Positions 17,555-26,192 of a stretch of 27,258 bases of DNA are shown piece by piece. The notes under the pieces were generated by a model. The model worked only from the letters and a program-made list of their open reading frames with translations. It was not told the DNA's origin and ran no database searches. The stretch's first letter is position 1. Each line of letters opens with the position of its first letter. The position numbers and the translations under genes were made by a program. The DNA is taken from positions 1 to 27,258 of IMG/VR virus record IMGVR_UViG_3300040985_001450. One strand, 5' to 3'. Source of the stretch: a virus. Taxonomy: Duplodnaviria; Caudoviricetes.

Positions 17555-17971
17555 ATGGATGAACAACAGCAAATAGCGCAAGACATCATGAAGGCAGTCC
17601 GATGCTTACTTGACCGGAATGACCAATGGGGAGCCTCGGCTATCGAGGTGAACGCCTTGCTGATGCCAGGTGTCACCATCGAGCGCACACTGTTGACGAA
17701 GCAGGAACGCGAGGACCTGATTGAGTACCTCCAGATTCTCGGCAGCACGACGGAGGCGTTCGATTATCCAGAAAATATCGTTGTCACCATCAACACGCTG
17801 GCAGCAGACGGACGAGGAAATCCAGGCGGCAGACGTCGGCCTGGGTTCCTCTCCGACTATGAGCAAATGATTTTCGATGAGGTCGCCAAGACCTTCCTCG
17901 CCGAATCATTCGCTCAAGAGAAGCACGAGCGCATCGATGAGGTCTACCAGATGCGCCACACGGTAATTTGA
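17555..17971 (+). CDS. Hypothetical protein
   Basis: ~138-aa ORF with genome-typical codon usage; start uncertain. Confidence 0.65.
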   Translation: MDEQQQIAQDIMKAVRCLLDRNDQWGASAIEVNALLMPGVTIERTLLTKQEREDLIEYLQILGSTTEAFDYPENIVVTINTLAADGRGNPGGRRRPGFLSDYEQMIFDEVAKTFLAESFAQEKHERIDEVYQMRHTVI

Positions 17972-17979
17972 ATCTGTTT

Positions 17980-18094
17980 TCAGGGGAGTAGCTCAATCCT
18001 GCGGGTAAATCGCAGACGCGGCAGCGTAGTAGAGCACAGTCGACGAGGATTCTCGGAGACTGCTGTTTCGGTGGCAGATCCGAACCCCCTGACC
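17980..18094 (+). ncRNA. tRNA-like RNA with an expanded D-loop and no anticodon loop
   Basis: Acceptor (T)CAGGGG[A]G / CCCCCTG(A), TA linker, D-stem GCTC/GAGC, anticodon stem CAGTC/GACTG, variable CTGT, T-stem TTCGG/CCGAA, 3' ACC. It lies in an intergenic gap. Confidence 0.75.
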
Positions 18095-18170
18095 TTTCTT
18101 CGACCCGCTCTTGGGACACAGTCGAACAGAGCTTCGATTCTCCTGGGAGGGGGTCTTCTTATATTCACTA

Positions 18171-18199
18171 TTGACATCCACCACAACGGGCTGTATTCT
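18171..18199 (+). promoter_or_regulatory. Sigma70-type promoter for the endolysin/packaging/head genes
   Basis: TTGACA-17nt-TATTCT with an AT-rich upstream segment. Confidence 0.75.
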
Positions 18200-18245
18200 A
18201 CCCTCGAACTGATGAGTATTCTCCAGGCAACGAGAACGGCTCAGG

Positions 18246-18653
18246 GTGCAGGTCTCACGATATTTTTACAAGCACGAACTTGAGTGTCACGGCGACAACT
18301 GCTGCGGACACTCAGTTCCCGTAGTACCCACACTGATGACCGTCCTGGACGAGTTCCGGCACCGCGTCTATCAGCCCGTATACCTTTCATGCGCCTTCCG
18401 CTGCATCATTCACAATCGAGCCATAGGTTCATATGATGGCTCGCAGCATCCGCTCGGCACAGCAGCCGACATCAAGCAGATAGACGGATGGACGCTGAAC
18501 GAGATGGCTGACCTGGCCGAGGAAATTCTCACGCACTTCGACATCCCTGGCGGCGTCGGCATATATCCCTGGGGCATCCACATGGACGTCCGCGCATACG
18601 ACGCGAGCGCTCGACCTATTGCTCCCTGGCGCGAAGATAAGAGGGCTGACTGA
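18246..18653 (+). CDS. Peptidase M15 family zinc peptidase (probable endolysin)
   Basis: YF...ELECH...LDEFR...SCAFRC..HNRAIG....SQHPLGTAADI...GVGIY...IHMDVR (H-x6-D...H zinc ligands); GTG start. Confidence 0.88.
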   Translation: MQVSRYFYKHELECHGDNCCGHSVPVVPTLMTVLDEFRHRVYQPVYLSCAFRCIIHNRAIGSYDGSQHPLGTAADIKQIDGWTLNEMADLAEEILTHFDIPGGVGIYPWGIHMDVRAYDASARPIAPWREDKRAD

Positions 18654-18892
18654 TGGCCGTCGAGAGCAAGACATACACTATCGACGGACACGATGAATCT
18701 ATCATCGGAATCTTCACAGACAGGCGGGTCGGCCTCGAGCGCTACATCTACGACGGCGAAGGAATCATTCGCTCACTCGTTCACATGGGCATGACCGACG
18801 ACGATGCTCGAGAGTATTGCGACTTCAATATCGAGGGGGCTTACATCGGGCCAGGCACTCCGCTCATCGTCTGGGACAGGTGGACTGACTGA
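18653..18892 (+). CDS. Conserved small phage protein of unknown function
   Basis: Pattern DGHDESIIG...MTDDDAREYCDFNIEGAYIGPGTP; TGATG coupling on both sides. Confidence 0.75.
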   Translation: MAVESKTYTIDGHDESIIGIFTDRRVGLERYIYDGEGIIRSLVHMGMTDDDAREYCDFNIEGAYIGPGTPLIVWDRWTD

Positions 18893-19572
18893 TGCCAGCA
18901 AATAAAAAGCCAGCGAAGAAAAAGCCAGCAAAGAAGAAGGCAGCAAAGAAGAAGGCAGCGGCAGCTCCCAGTCTGACCGAGATGGAGTTCACTCCACAGC
19001 AGGTCAACTTTATGAAGTCCTATCTCCAGGGAAACAGCGCGACCCAGGCTGCGATCGACGCCGGATACTCAGTGAAGGGGGCAGCGCAGCAAGGCTCAGC
19101 CCTATTGAGAAACCCGAAGATCACTATGATGATTGAGAAGGCTCGGGCCAGGGCGGCGAAGAAGTGTGAGGTCCATGCCGAACAGGTCATTCGCGAGACT
19201 GCGAACGTGGCGTTCTCTAATATGCTGGACTACATGAGTATCGATGAGTTCGGGCAGCCCTACCTGGACCTATCACGCATCAACAGAGACACCGGCTCCG
19301 CGATTAAATCATTCGACCAGAACCGCATCGTGCGAGTCACGAAGAACGGCGATCGCATCGAGGAGTGTAAGACGAAGATTGTCCTGCACGACAAGCTCGC
19401 AGCGCTCGACAAACTCGACATGGCTACCAGTGCGTTCAGGCAGAACAAGGGTAATGTCGAGAGCTCAGAGACCAGGCCGGTCATCAACGTCGTCTCGAAC
19501 ATTCCAGCGCATCCTCCAGGGCATAATGTACGAAGACCTGACCCGATGCTGATTGAGCACGACGATGATTGA
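18892..19572 (+). CDS. terS: Terminase small subunit
   Basis: TPQQVNF...SATQAAIDAGYS..GAAQQGSALLRNPKI...KIVLHDKLAALDKL; lies upstream of terL; Lys/Ala/Pro-rich N-tail. Confidence 0.9.
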   Translation: MPANKKPAKKKPAKKKAAKKKAAAAPSLTEMEFTPQQVNFMKSYLQGNSATQAAIDAGYSVKGAAQQGSALLRNPKITMMIEKARARAAKKCEVHAEQVIRETANVAFSNMLDYMSIDEFGQPYLDLSRINRDTGSAIKSFDQNRIVRVTKNGDRIEECKTKIVLHDKLAALDKLDMATSAFRQNKGNVESSETRPVINVVSNIPAHPPGHNVRRPDPMLIEHDDD

Positions 19573-21130
19573 TATACTCGAGGAAATAGACGAGAGCGTA
19601 CTGCTCACCGCTGACGTGGTGCTCGACGACCTGGATGAGCATGAGGCACAGTCGCGAGCGTCCTACCTTCTCGAGCCGGCGGATGTCATCGAGGAGAACC
19701 TGTGCGAGATGGGCATCGAGCCCCGCCAGGCAGACCGAGGCATCATCGAGAACGGCTACGTCCCTCACCGGCTCCAGGCAGTCGTCCACAAGGAACTCCA
19801 GAAGTATCGCTTCTTCGTTCTCGTGTGTCATCGACGCTTCGGCAAGACAGTGCTTGCGGTCAACGCTCTCTGTCATGCTGCGGTCACGCACACGACGTAC
19901 ATGGGCAAGCCTGGACGTTTCGCATATATTGCACCACTCCGCAGCCAGGCTCGAAATGTAGCATGGATGTACCTCAAGGCGTTCGCAGCCGGCGTGAAGG
20001 GAGCACGAAAGAACGAGAGCGAACTGTGGGTCGAGTTCCCGAACGGCGCGAGGGTCACACTCTTTGGAGCTAACCTCGGACAGGCTGACAACCTCCGAGG
20101 AATTTACCTCGACGGCTGCGTGTTCGACGAGCCCAGCCAGATGGACCCAGAGGTCTGGGAGGAGGTCGTGAGACCGGCCTGTAGTGATCATGACGCATGG
20201 GTATTATTCATCGGCACACCGAAGGGCATCAACCTGTTCTCTGAGCTGTACGACCAGGCAGAAGACGACCCTGAGTTCGGTCGCGCATCCTACCCAGTCA
20301 CCGAGACCTTCCTTGACTGGCTGCCCGAGAGTGAAATCGATTCGATTCAGCGCGGACTATCCGAGGCTCGCTTTCGCCAGGAAATGATGTGCGACTTCGG
20401 TGCTTCCAGCGCTGACACGATTATCTCCCTCGACACAATCAGCAAGGCCATCAAGCGGAACCATAAATCCACATCGTTCCTCAAGGGTATGCCGAAGGTG
20501 GTCGGAATCGATCCCGCGTGGATGGGAGACGACAAGACAGCGATCGCGTTTAGATGGGGGACAGAGATGTTCCCTCTAGCGTACTTCGGCAAGGACGAGC
20601 ACGACCAGATCATCGGCTACTTACAGAACCTTCGCAAGACCTACGCGCCGGACGCGTGGTTCTGCGACCAGGCATACAGTGAGGGCATCTACGCGCACTG
20701 CGAGGAGATTGGCATCCCGCTCAACCTGGTGCCCTTCGGGAGTTCTCCCCTGGATAAGACGCAGTACGGCAATCGAGTTACCGAGATGTACTTCCTTTTC
20801 GACGAGTGGTTGAACAAGGGAGGCAAGCTGCCGAACGACTACATACTGAAAGGCGACCTGTCGTCAGTCACCTACGAGTTCCGGCAAAAAAGTTTCAATA
20901 ACAAGACCTACGACGTGCGGCAACGGCACGAGAAGAAGAAAATCAAAGAGAAGATCAATCGCTCTCCTGATGGGGGTGATGCGTGTGTGCTGACGACCTG
21001 CGAGTTGGTGATGTCGAAGTCATCGAAGCACGAGGAGCATACGAACGAAGTACAAACGAGCGACGGCGGGTATCACCCGCACAACAAAATGCGCCGGAAG
21101 AATCAACGGCCAAAATCACCGAGGAGATAA
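19565..21130 (+). CDS. terL: Terminase large subunit
   Basis: Walker A HRRFGKT, YIAP, LRGIYLDGCVFDE (Walker B), FIGTPKG, and nuclease motifs GIDPAWMGDD and SPDGGDA. Confidence 0.96.
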   Translation: MIDILEEIDESVLLTADVVLDDLDEHEAQSRASYLLEPADVIEENLCEMGIEPRQADRGIIENGYVPHRLQAVVHKELQKYRFFVLVCHRRFGKTVLAVNALCHAAVTHTTYMGKPGRFAYIAPLRSQARNVAWMYLKAFAAGVKGARKNESELWVEFPNGARVTLFGANLGQADNLRGIYLDGCVFDEPSQMDPEVWEEVVRPACSDHDAWVLFIGTPKGINLFSELYDQAEDDPEFGRASYPVTETFLDWLPESEIDSIQRGLSEARFRQEMMCDFGASSADTIISLDTISKAIKRNHKSTSFLKGMPKVVGIDPAWMGDDKTAIAFRWGTEMFPLAYFGKDEHDQIIGYLQNLRKTYAPDAWFCDQAYSEGIYAHCEEIGIPLNLVPFGSSPLDKTQYGNRVTEMYFLFDEWLNKGGKLPNDYILKGDLSSVTYEFRQKSFNNKTYDVRQRHEKKKIKEKINRSPDGGDACVLTTCELVMSKSSKHEEHTNEVQTSDGGYHPHNKMRRKNQRPKSPRR

Positions 21131-21132
21131 TT

Positions 21133-21351
21133 ATGTGTATGGGTGGAGGAAGTTACAAACCGCAAGCGACGGAGCCAGTGAAGCAGCCGACAGTCTCGCC
21201 GCCTCGCGCAACACCGAAGCGAGTCGATCCCGAAGTCATCCGGCGACGGGACAAGAGCCAGGCTGACCGGCTCCGCGAGACCGCACGGCGATCGTCCGGC
21301 TCGACGGAACGTCGTGGTCCTCTGAACACCACTGACAACGAGCTGAGTTAA
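21133..21351 (+). CDS. Small pre-portal virion protein (MCMGGG-type)
   Basis: GAGGAG SD; the MCMGGGS..P start and position between terL and the portal match epsilon15/BPP-1-like phages. Confidence 0.7.
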   Translation: MCMGGGSYKPQATEPVKQPTVSPPRATPKRVDPEVIRRRDKSQADRLRETARRSSGSTERRGPLNTTDNELS

Positions 21352-21353
21352 TC

Positions 21354-22193
21354 ATGGGACTATTCGGTGGCGGCAAGCCAAAGACTCCGCAAGGGATGAA
21401 GCATATGTCCTCCGGCGAAGATAAAGTATCGACCTGGTCGCTGCGTCGCCTCGAGTCGGAACTCTCGCGCATCAAGCGAGCCAAGTCGTTCAACAGCACA
21501 CACGGCAAAGCGATCGGGGAAGCCCGTCGGAATATCCAAAATTACTACAAGCCGCAGAAGGGTAAAACCAAAAACTTCGGTGGTATCGGCGGTGTCGGGA
21601 ACTTCCGTCATCCGACGGGATTCGGCGGCATCCAGTTCGGAACGCAAGGGAGCTCGTCCTCACCATTCAGCGGAGAGAGTCCCGGCCACGGCTTCGGCGG
21701 CTATGGTAGCTACAACGTCGAGAACTATCGAAGGCAGTACCACAATCTCAAAGAAAGTAGCGAGCAGCTCAATAATGTCGGCAATATTTTCGGCTCTAAC
21801 GCCGGTGGAGGCCACATAAATGACCCTTTATACAACTTCAAGGCGCAGGGCGATCTGTTCGCAGCATACGACAGCGCAGTCGAGGCTGCCCAGGGAGATG
21901 CTGACGCTATCCGACGCAACCAGCAACAGGCGCAATCCGGCCTGGGGTTGACCGGCGTAGGCGATGAGTTCTGGGTGTCCAGGCTCGAGTCTGCCCTGGC
22001 GCAGAAGAAGGCGCAGTTCGCTGGATTCCGAAGCGAACGTAACACACCGAAGCGCGTGAGCCAAGACGCGATCGATGCTAAATCAGAAAACGAACAACGC
22101 ACTCAGCGAGCTGGAGCAGCTCGAGGTGGTGGTGGTCCAGGCCGACAAGGTCCTCTGACTACGACATCGCCTGGCGTGACAGGAGTCTTATAA
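21354..22193 (+). CDS. Gly-rich protein, apparent expanded paralog of the preceding gene
   Basis: MGLFGGGKPKTPQ start; shares TPKRV...GPL(N/T)TT with 21133-21351; TAATG coupling to the portal. Confidence 0.7.
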   Translation: MGLFGGGKPKTPQGMKHMSSGEDKVSTWSLRRLESELSRIKRAKSFNSTHGKAIGEARRNIQNYYKPQKGKTKNFGGIGGVGNFRHPTGFGGIQFGTQGSSSSPFSGESPGHGFGGYGSYNVENYRRQYHNLKESSEQLNNVGNIFGSNAGGGHINDPLYNFKAQGDLFAAYDSAVEAAQGDADAIRRNQQQAQSGLGLTGVGDEFWVSRLESALAQKKAQFAGFRSERNTPKRVSQDAIDAKSENEQRTQRAGAARGGGGPGRQGPLTTTSPGVTGVL

Positions 22194-23917
22194 TGGCACA
22201 GGTATCAAGGAACGCGAAGTATGACGAGAACGACGTCCGCGCCTACATGGGTCGCAGGATGGCGCAGCTAATGTCGGAGCGCACAGACCACGAGCCGAAC
22301 TGGAAAGAGATCCAACAGTTCATCCTTCCCAGGGCTGGTGCGTTCGCTGATGAGCACGGCAACGAGAATCGAATACCGAACTACGACGAGATCCTGAACT
22401 CGACAGCGACTAACGCGGTCAAGGTCTTCACGGCCTTCATCATGGCCGGCATGAGTTCGCCGGCGCGTCCCTGGTTCAAGCTGGTCGTCGGTCGCGTGGG
22501 CCGAGATTCCACACCGGAGGAGGCTCACTGGCTGGACAAGTTCCGCGACGTGATGCTCGAGGTTTTCGCTCGCTCGAACTTCTACCACATCCTTCCGCGT
22601 GTCTACGAGGAGGGAGGCTCGTTCGGTAATGGATGTATGTACATCTCAGAGGACATCCAGGATGTCGTTCGGTTCTACCACTACACCGTCGGCGAGTTCT
22701 ACTGGGGCCTGTCTGACCGTTTGGAGATCGACACCATCTACCGACCGTTCACGATGAAGGTCGCGCAGGTCGTGAGTAGATGGGGAGTCAACAACGTCAG
22801 CGACAAGGTGCGCCAGCAGTACGAGACGCAGAAGCTCGACGAGCTGGTTCATGTGGTTCACGCCATTGAGCCGAACGTCCGCTCCCTGCCGAAGTCGCTG
22901 CGGCCATTCGACAAGACGAAGAAGTACATCTCGGTCTACTACGAGCAGACCAACAACGGCAAGATGAACGACGTGCTGAACGTGTCCGGCTTTCGCGAGT
23001 TTCCTGCGATGCCGTTCCGCCTTCACCCGCGCTCTGATGATGCCTATGGTATCGGCGTCGGGACCGAGTGCCTGGGCGACGTGCGCGAGCTGCAACATAA
23101 AGAGTTTGAGCTGGCCAAGATTCTCGACTACGTGGCGGACCCTCACCTCAAGAGCACGGCTGGAGTCGGTCAGATATTCCGGCATCCTGGTGCAGTGAGC
23201 CAGGTGAACCCGCATCACAACGACGTTCTCGAGCCAGTGTTCCAAGCGAACTATCCCGATCGCAGCATCCGGGAGGACATCTCAGTGCTGGAGCAGCGCA
23301 TCCGCGAATGGTTTGACAACCATCTGGCGCAGCAGATTCTCAACAACGATCGCAGCAACGTGACCGCTCGAGAGATCGAAGCAGCCGAGCAGGAGAAGCT
23401 ACTCCTGGCCGGTCCGGTACTCGAGTCGGTCCAGGTGTTCCTCAAGAAGGTCATCGATCGCACGTTCGAGGTCATGCTGACGCGACAGATCGGGCCACCA
23501 CCACCAGAGTCACTCCAGGGTATAGACCTCGATGTCGAGTTCCTCGGAGTCCTGGCTCAAGCACAGAAGGCAGTCGGCATCCGCGCAATCGAGCGAGGCT
23601 GGGAGTTCGGCGCGTACTTGTCCCAGGCTCTACTGGCAGCAGGAGACCCACAGGCTGCCGTCGAGGTCTTCGACAACTACAACACGGATGAGAGTATTCG
23701 CGACTTCGTTCGCATGGTCGGTATGCCTACGGACCAGACGATCGGAGCTGACGCTGTCGGGAAGGTACGGGCCGACCGAGCGCAAGCCTCTCAACAAGCT
23801 GAGCAGATGGCCCAGGCTCAAGCGATGGCTGAGACAGGCAAGACCCTGGCCGAGACACCGACAGGCGGAGAGACGGCTCTCAGGAGCGCCCTCGACGTCG
23901 TAGGAGCGCCGTTCTAA
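22193..23917 (+). CDS. Portal / head-to-tail connector protein (podovirus type)
   Basis: 574 aa; WKEIQQFILP, MAGMSSPARPWFKL, SNFY, YGIG, VTAREI....EKL..AGPVLE, VEFLGVLAQAQK. Confidence 0.93.
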   Translation: MAQVSRNAKYDENDVRAYMGRRMAQLMSERTDHEPNWKEIQQFILPRAGAFADEHGNENRIPNYDEILNSTATNAVKVFTAFIMAGMSSPARPWFKLVVGRVGRDSTPEEAHWLDKFRDVMLEVFARSNFYHILPRVYEEGGSFGNGCMYISEDIQDVVRFYHYTVGEFYWGLSDRLEIDTIYRPFTMKVAQVVSRWGVNNVSDKVRQQYETQKLDELVHVVHAIEPNVRSLPKSLRPFDKTKKYISVYYEQTNNGKMNDVLNVSGFREFPAMPFRLHPRSDDAYGIGVGTECLGDVRELQHKEFELAKILDYVADPHLKSTAGVGQIFRHPGAVSQVNPHHNDVLEPVFQANYPDRSIREDISVLEQRIREWFDNHLAQQILNNDRSNVTAREIEAAEQEKLLLAGPVLESVQVFLKKVIDRTFEVMLTRQIGPPPPESLQGIDLDVEFLGVLAQAQKAVGIRAIERGWEFGAYLSQALLAAGDPQAAVEVFDNYNTDESIRDFVRMVGMPTDQTIGADAVGKVRADRAQASQQAEQMAQAQAMAETGKTLAETPTGGETALRSALDVVGAPF

Positions 23918-24231
23918 TGCCCGAGAAGCGTACACCAGAGGATGCACGACAGGAGCGAACCGAGCAGGAGAAGCTCGAGGAGCAGAAGCAGGTCAAGGAG
24001 ACCTTTCGCAGGGAGCAGCTCAGGGAGGACATCGACAAGCTGCTGAACTCGGGAGCGGGACGGAGATGGCTTCGGTTCTCTCTCGGGCCGCAAGTCTCGA
24101 ATCTAATGGGACCGAACAGCGAAGGCCGTATCGCGGGTGTCGCGATGGCTGACGAGCTGATGGAACATAGACCAGACGCACTGGCGATCTTATTCGCTAC
24201 ACAGGAGGAAGACGAAAATGGCTGGAATTAA
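23917..24231 (+). CDS. Bbp19-like small head-associated protein
   Basis: DIDKLLNSGAGRRWL...EGR..G; conserved position after the portal. Confidence 0.65.
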   Translation: MPEKRTPEDARQERTEQEKLEEQKQVKETFRREQLREDIDKLLNSGAGRRWLRFSLGPQVSNLMGPNSEGRIAGVAMADELMEHRPDALAILFATQEEDENGWN

Positions 24232-25156
24232 ACAACTACTAAAGGGCGGACTGAACACTCCGTTCGGATTTAATGTGTTCTGGGACGAAGACGATGGTGC
24301 CGGCAGCGGTGGCACTTCCGCAGCGGACGCGATGTTCGCGTTCAAGGACGGCGACGACGCGAACGGAGACCCGGAGTTCGGCGAGAAGGCGGACGCGATG
24401 TTCTCAGGCTTCGACCAGGGAGCCGATGGCCAGGGCGAAGACCAGGGCGAAGACCAGGGCGAAGACCAGGGCGAAGCTGAGGGCTCCCAGGATGACCAGG
24501 GCCAGGCTGACAGTCTCACCGACCAGGGAGCCGAAGACAATCAAAAAGATTCTAACTCGGAGGAGCAGGAAGGTGATGCGACAAGCCTCACCGCCGGCGA
24601 CTTCGATGATGATAGCGGCGACGATGCTGCGGCTGATGACCAGGGTGATGCTGACCCTGGTGAAGCGCAAGCCTACGACTGGGGACTGGAAGAAGGCCAG
24701 GAAATTGACGAGCTGGCAAGCGAACATCTCACTCGCGTACTGCGCGAAGTTGAAGTGGACGACGCTGACGCTCCGAAACTTGCTGCTGCCTACCTCCAGC
24801 TCCGCGAGGAGCAGGTGCAGCGCGACATCCAAAGCATCGAGCAGCAACGCAACCGAGACGTCGAGGTCATCCGTAATGATCCCGAACTCGGTGGCGAAGG
24901 TGACAATGCGACATTCGCCAGGACTATGTCTTACGTGAATCGAGCGCTGGCAGTTGGTGAAGGGAAAGCGCTGAACGCTCTCATGCGACAGCACGGACTC
25001 GACAACGACCCGACGTTCGTGAGGTTCCTCGCCAAGACGGGAGCGAACTTCGACGAGGATGTCATCGTCACCACACGCACGGCAGGAGAGGCAGAGCTGT
25101 CAGCAGCAGACGCAGCCTTCCCTGAAACCCGAAACATGAAAGCAATCGAACAATAA
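24218..25156 (+). CDS. Capsid scaffolding protein
   Basis: Very acidic N-half; DPELGG...GLDNDPTFVRFLAKTG..FDED; lies directly upstream of the capsid gene. Confidence 0.8.
   Translation: MAGIKQLLKGGLNTPFGFNVFWDEDDGAGSGGTSAADAMFAFKDGDDANGDPEFGEKADAMFSGFDQGADGQGEDQGEDQGEDQGEAEGSQDDQGQADSLTDQGAEDNQKDSNSEEQEGDATSLTAGDFDDDSGDDAAADDQGDADPGEAQAYDWGLEEGQEIDELASEHLTRVLREVEVDDADAPKLAAAYLQLREEQVQRDIQSIEQQRNRDVEVIRNDPELGGEGDNATFARTMSYVNRALAVGEGKALNALMRQHGLDNDPTFVRFLAKTGANFDEDVIVTTRTAGEAELSAADAAFPETRNMKAIEQ
24431..24476 (+). repeat. 12-bp tandem repeat CAGGGCGAAGAC (~3.8 copies; QGED)
   Basis: Read directly from the sequence; in frame within the scaffold gene. Confidence 0.9.
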
Positions 25157-25170
25157 AGGAATAGACCATC

Positions 25171-26163
25171 ATGGCAACTATCGCTAATGACAAGCTCACA
25201 CTTGTCGATCTCGCGAAGCGCCTGAAACCAGATAAGTCTCTCGACATGATCGTGGAGACTATGGACGAAGACCAGGAAATCCTCCAGGATATGCCCTGGG
25301 TCCAAGCCAATCAGGTTACAGGCCACCGCACGACCATCCGCGCAGGACTTCCCTCGGGAACATGGCGCAAACTCAACAGTGGTGTCCCGACCGAGAAGTC
25401 GCGCACCGTTCAGATTACCGAGACCATCGGTATGCTGGAAACATACCTGGAAGTGGACAAGAAACTGGCGCAGCTCTCGGGCAACGTCAACGAGTTCCGC
25501 GCTCAGGAATCCCGCGCAGCAATCGAGGGCATGAGTCAGACTCTTGCCACTACGCTGTTCTACGGCGACACCGACACGGAGCCGGAGAAGTTCCTCGGCT
25601 TCGAGGCTCGCTACGACGACAGCGCTGCTGGTAACGCCGCCAACATCCTCGACGGTGGTGGCTCTGGTTCGGACAACAGTTCGATATGGATCATCAACTG
25701 GCGTCCCGACAAAATTCACGGCATCTATAGCCGTGGCTCCGCTGTTGGCCTCCAGCACGATGACCTCGGCGAAGAACGCGTGTACGACGCGAGTAACAAC
25801 TCGTACCAGGCTCTCGTGTCTCATCTCACGATGGACATCGGCCTGTGTGTTCGTGACTGGCGCTACGCTGTACGTATTGCCAACATCGACGACAGCGCGT
25901 TGACGAAGGACGCTGCAACGGGCGCTGACCTGGTGGATCTCATCAGTGCCGGCATCGAGCGACTCAAGGACCAAAACGGTGCCGTGCGTATGTACTGCAC
26001 TCAGAACGTCCGCTCGTACCTGCGTCGTCAAATCAAGAACTCGAACAACGTCGAAGTAGCCATGCACGAAGCCTTCGGGCATCGTGTGATGCAGGTCGAT
26101 GGCGTTCCGGTTCGCAAGACTCACGCTCTGACCGCAACCGAGTCCCAGGTAACTGGACTCTAA
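25171..26163 (+). CDS. Major capsid protein (BPP-1 Bbp17 / epsilon15 gp7-like)
   Basis: LTLVDLAKR...EILQDMPW..AN..TGHRTTIRAGLPSGTWRKLN.GV...EVDKKLA...GLCVRDWRYAVRIANID...GVPVRKT.AL..TE. Confidence 0.95.
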   Translation: MATIANDKLTLVDLAKRLKPDKSLDMIVETMDEDQEILQDMPWVQANQVTGHRTTIRAGLPSGTWRKLNSGVPTEKSRTVQITETIGMLETYLEVDKKLAQLSGNVNEFRAQESRAAIEGMSQTLATTLFYGDTDTEPEKFLGFEARYDDSAAGNAANILDGGGSGSDNSSIWIINWRPDKIHGIYSRGSAVGLQHDDLGEERVYDASNNSYQALVSHLTMDIGLCVRDWRYAVRIANIDDSALTKDAATGADLVDLISAGIERLKDQNGAVRMYCTQNVRSYLRRQIKNSNNVEVAMHEAFGHRVMQVDGVPVRKTHALTATESQVTGL

Positions 26164-26192
26164 TCGCTCTCGTAGCAGAAAGGAATAGAACT

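Noticed and set aside
17980-18094. Canonical or intron-containing decoding tRNA
   Set aside because: There is no 7-nt anticodon loop with U33, the T-loop is 8 nt and non-canonical, and no simple excision restoring a normal anticodon loop was found.
17980-18283. Short ORFs across the tRNA-like region
   Set aside because: They have no convincing SD or protein features, and the region is better explained by RNA structure and a promoter.
5631-21132. ORF-track starts at 5631, 8023, 11507, 13389, 13876, 15068, 15400 and 20983
   Set aside because: Downstream starts with SD sequences or stop-start coupling fit better and avoid long overlaps.
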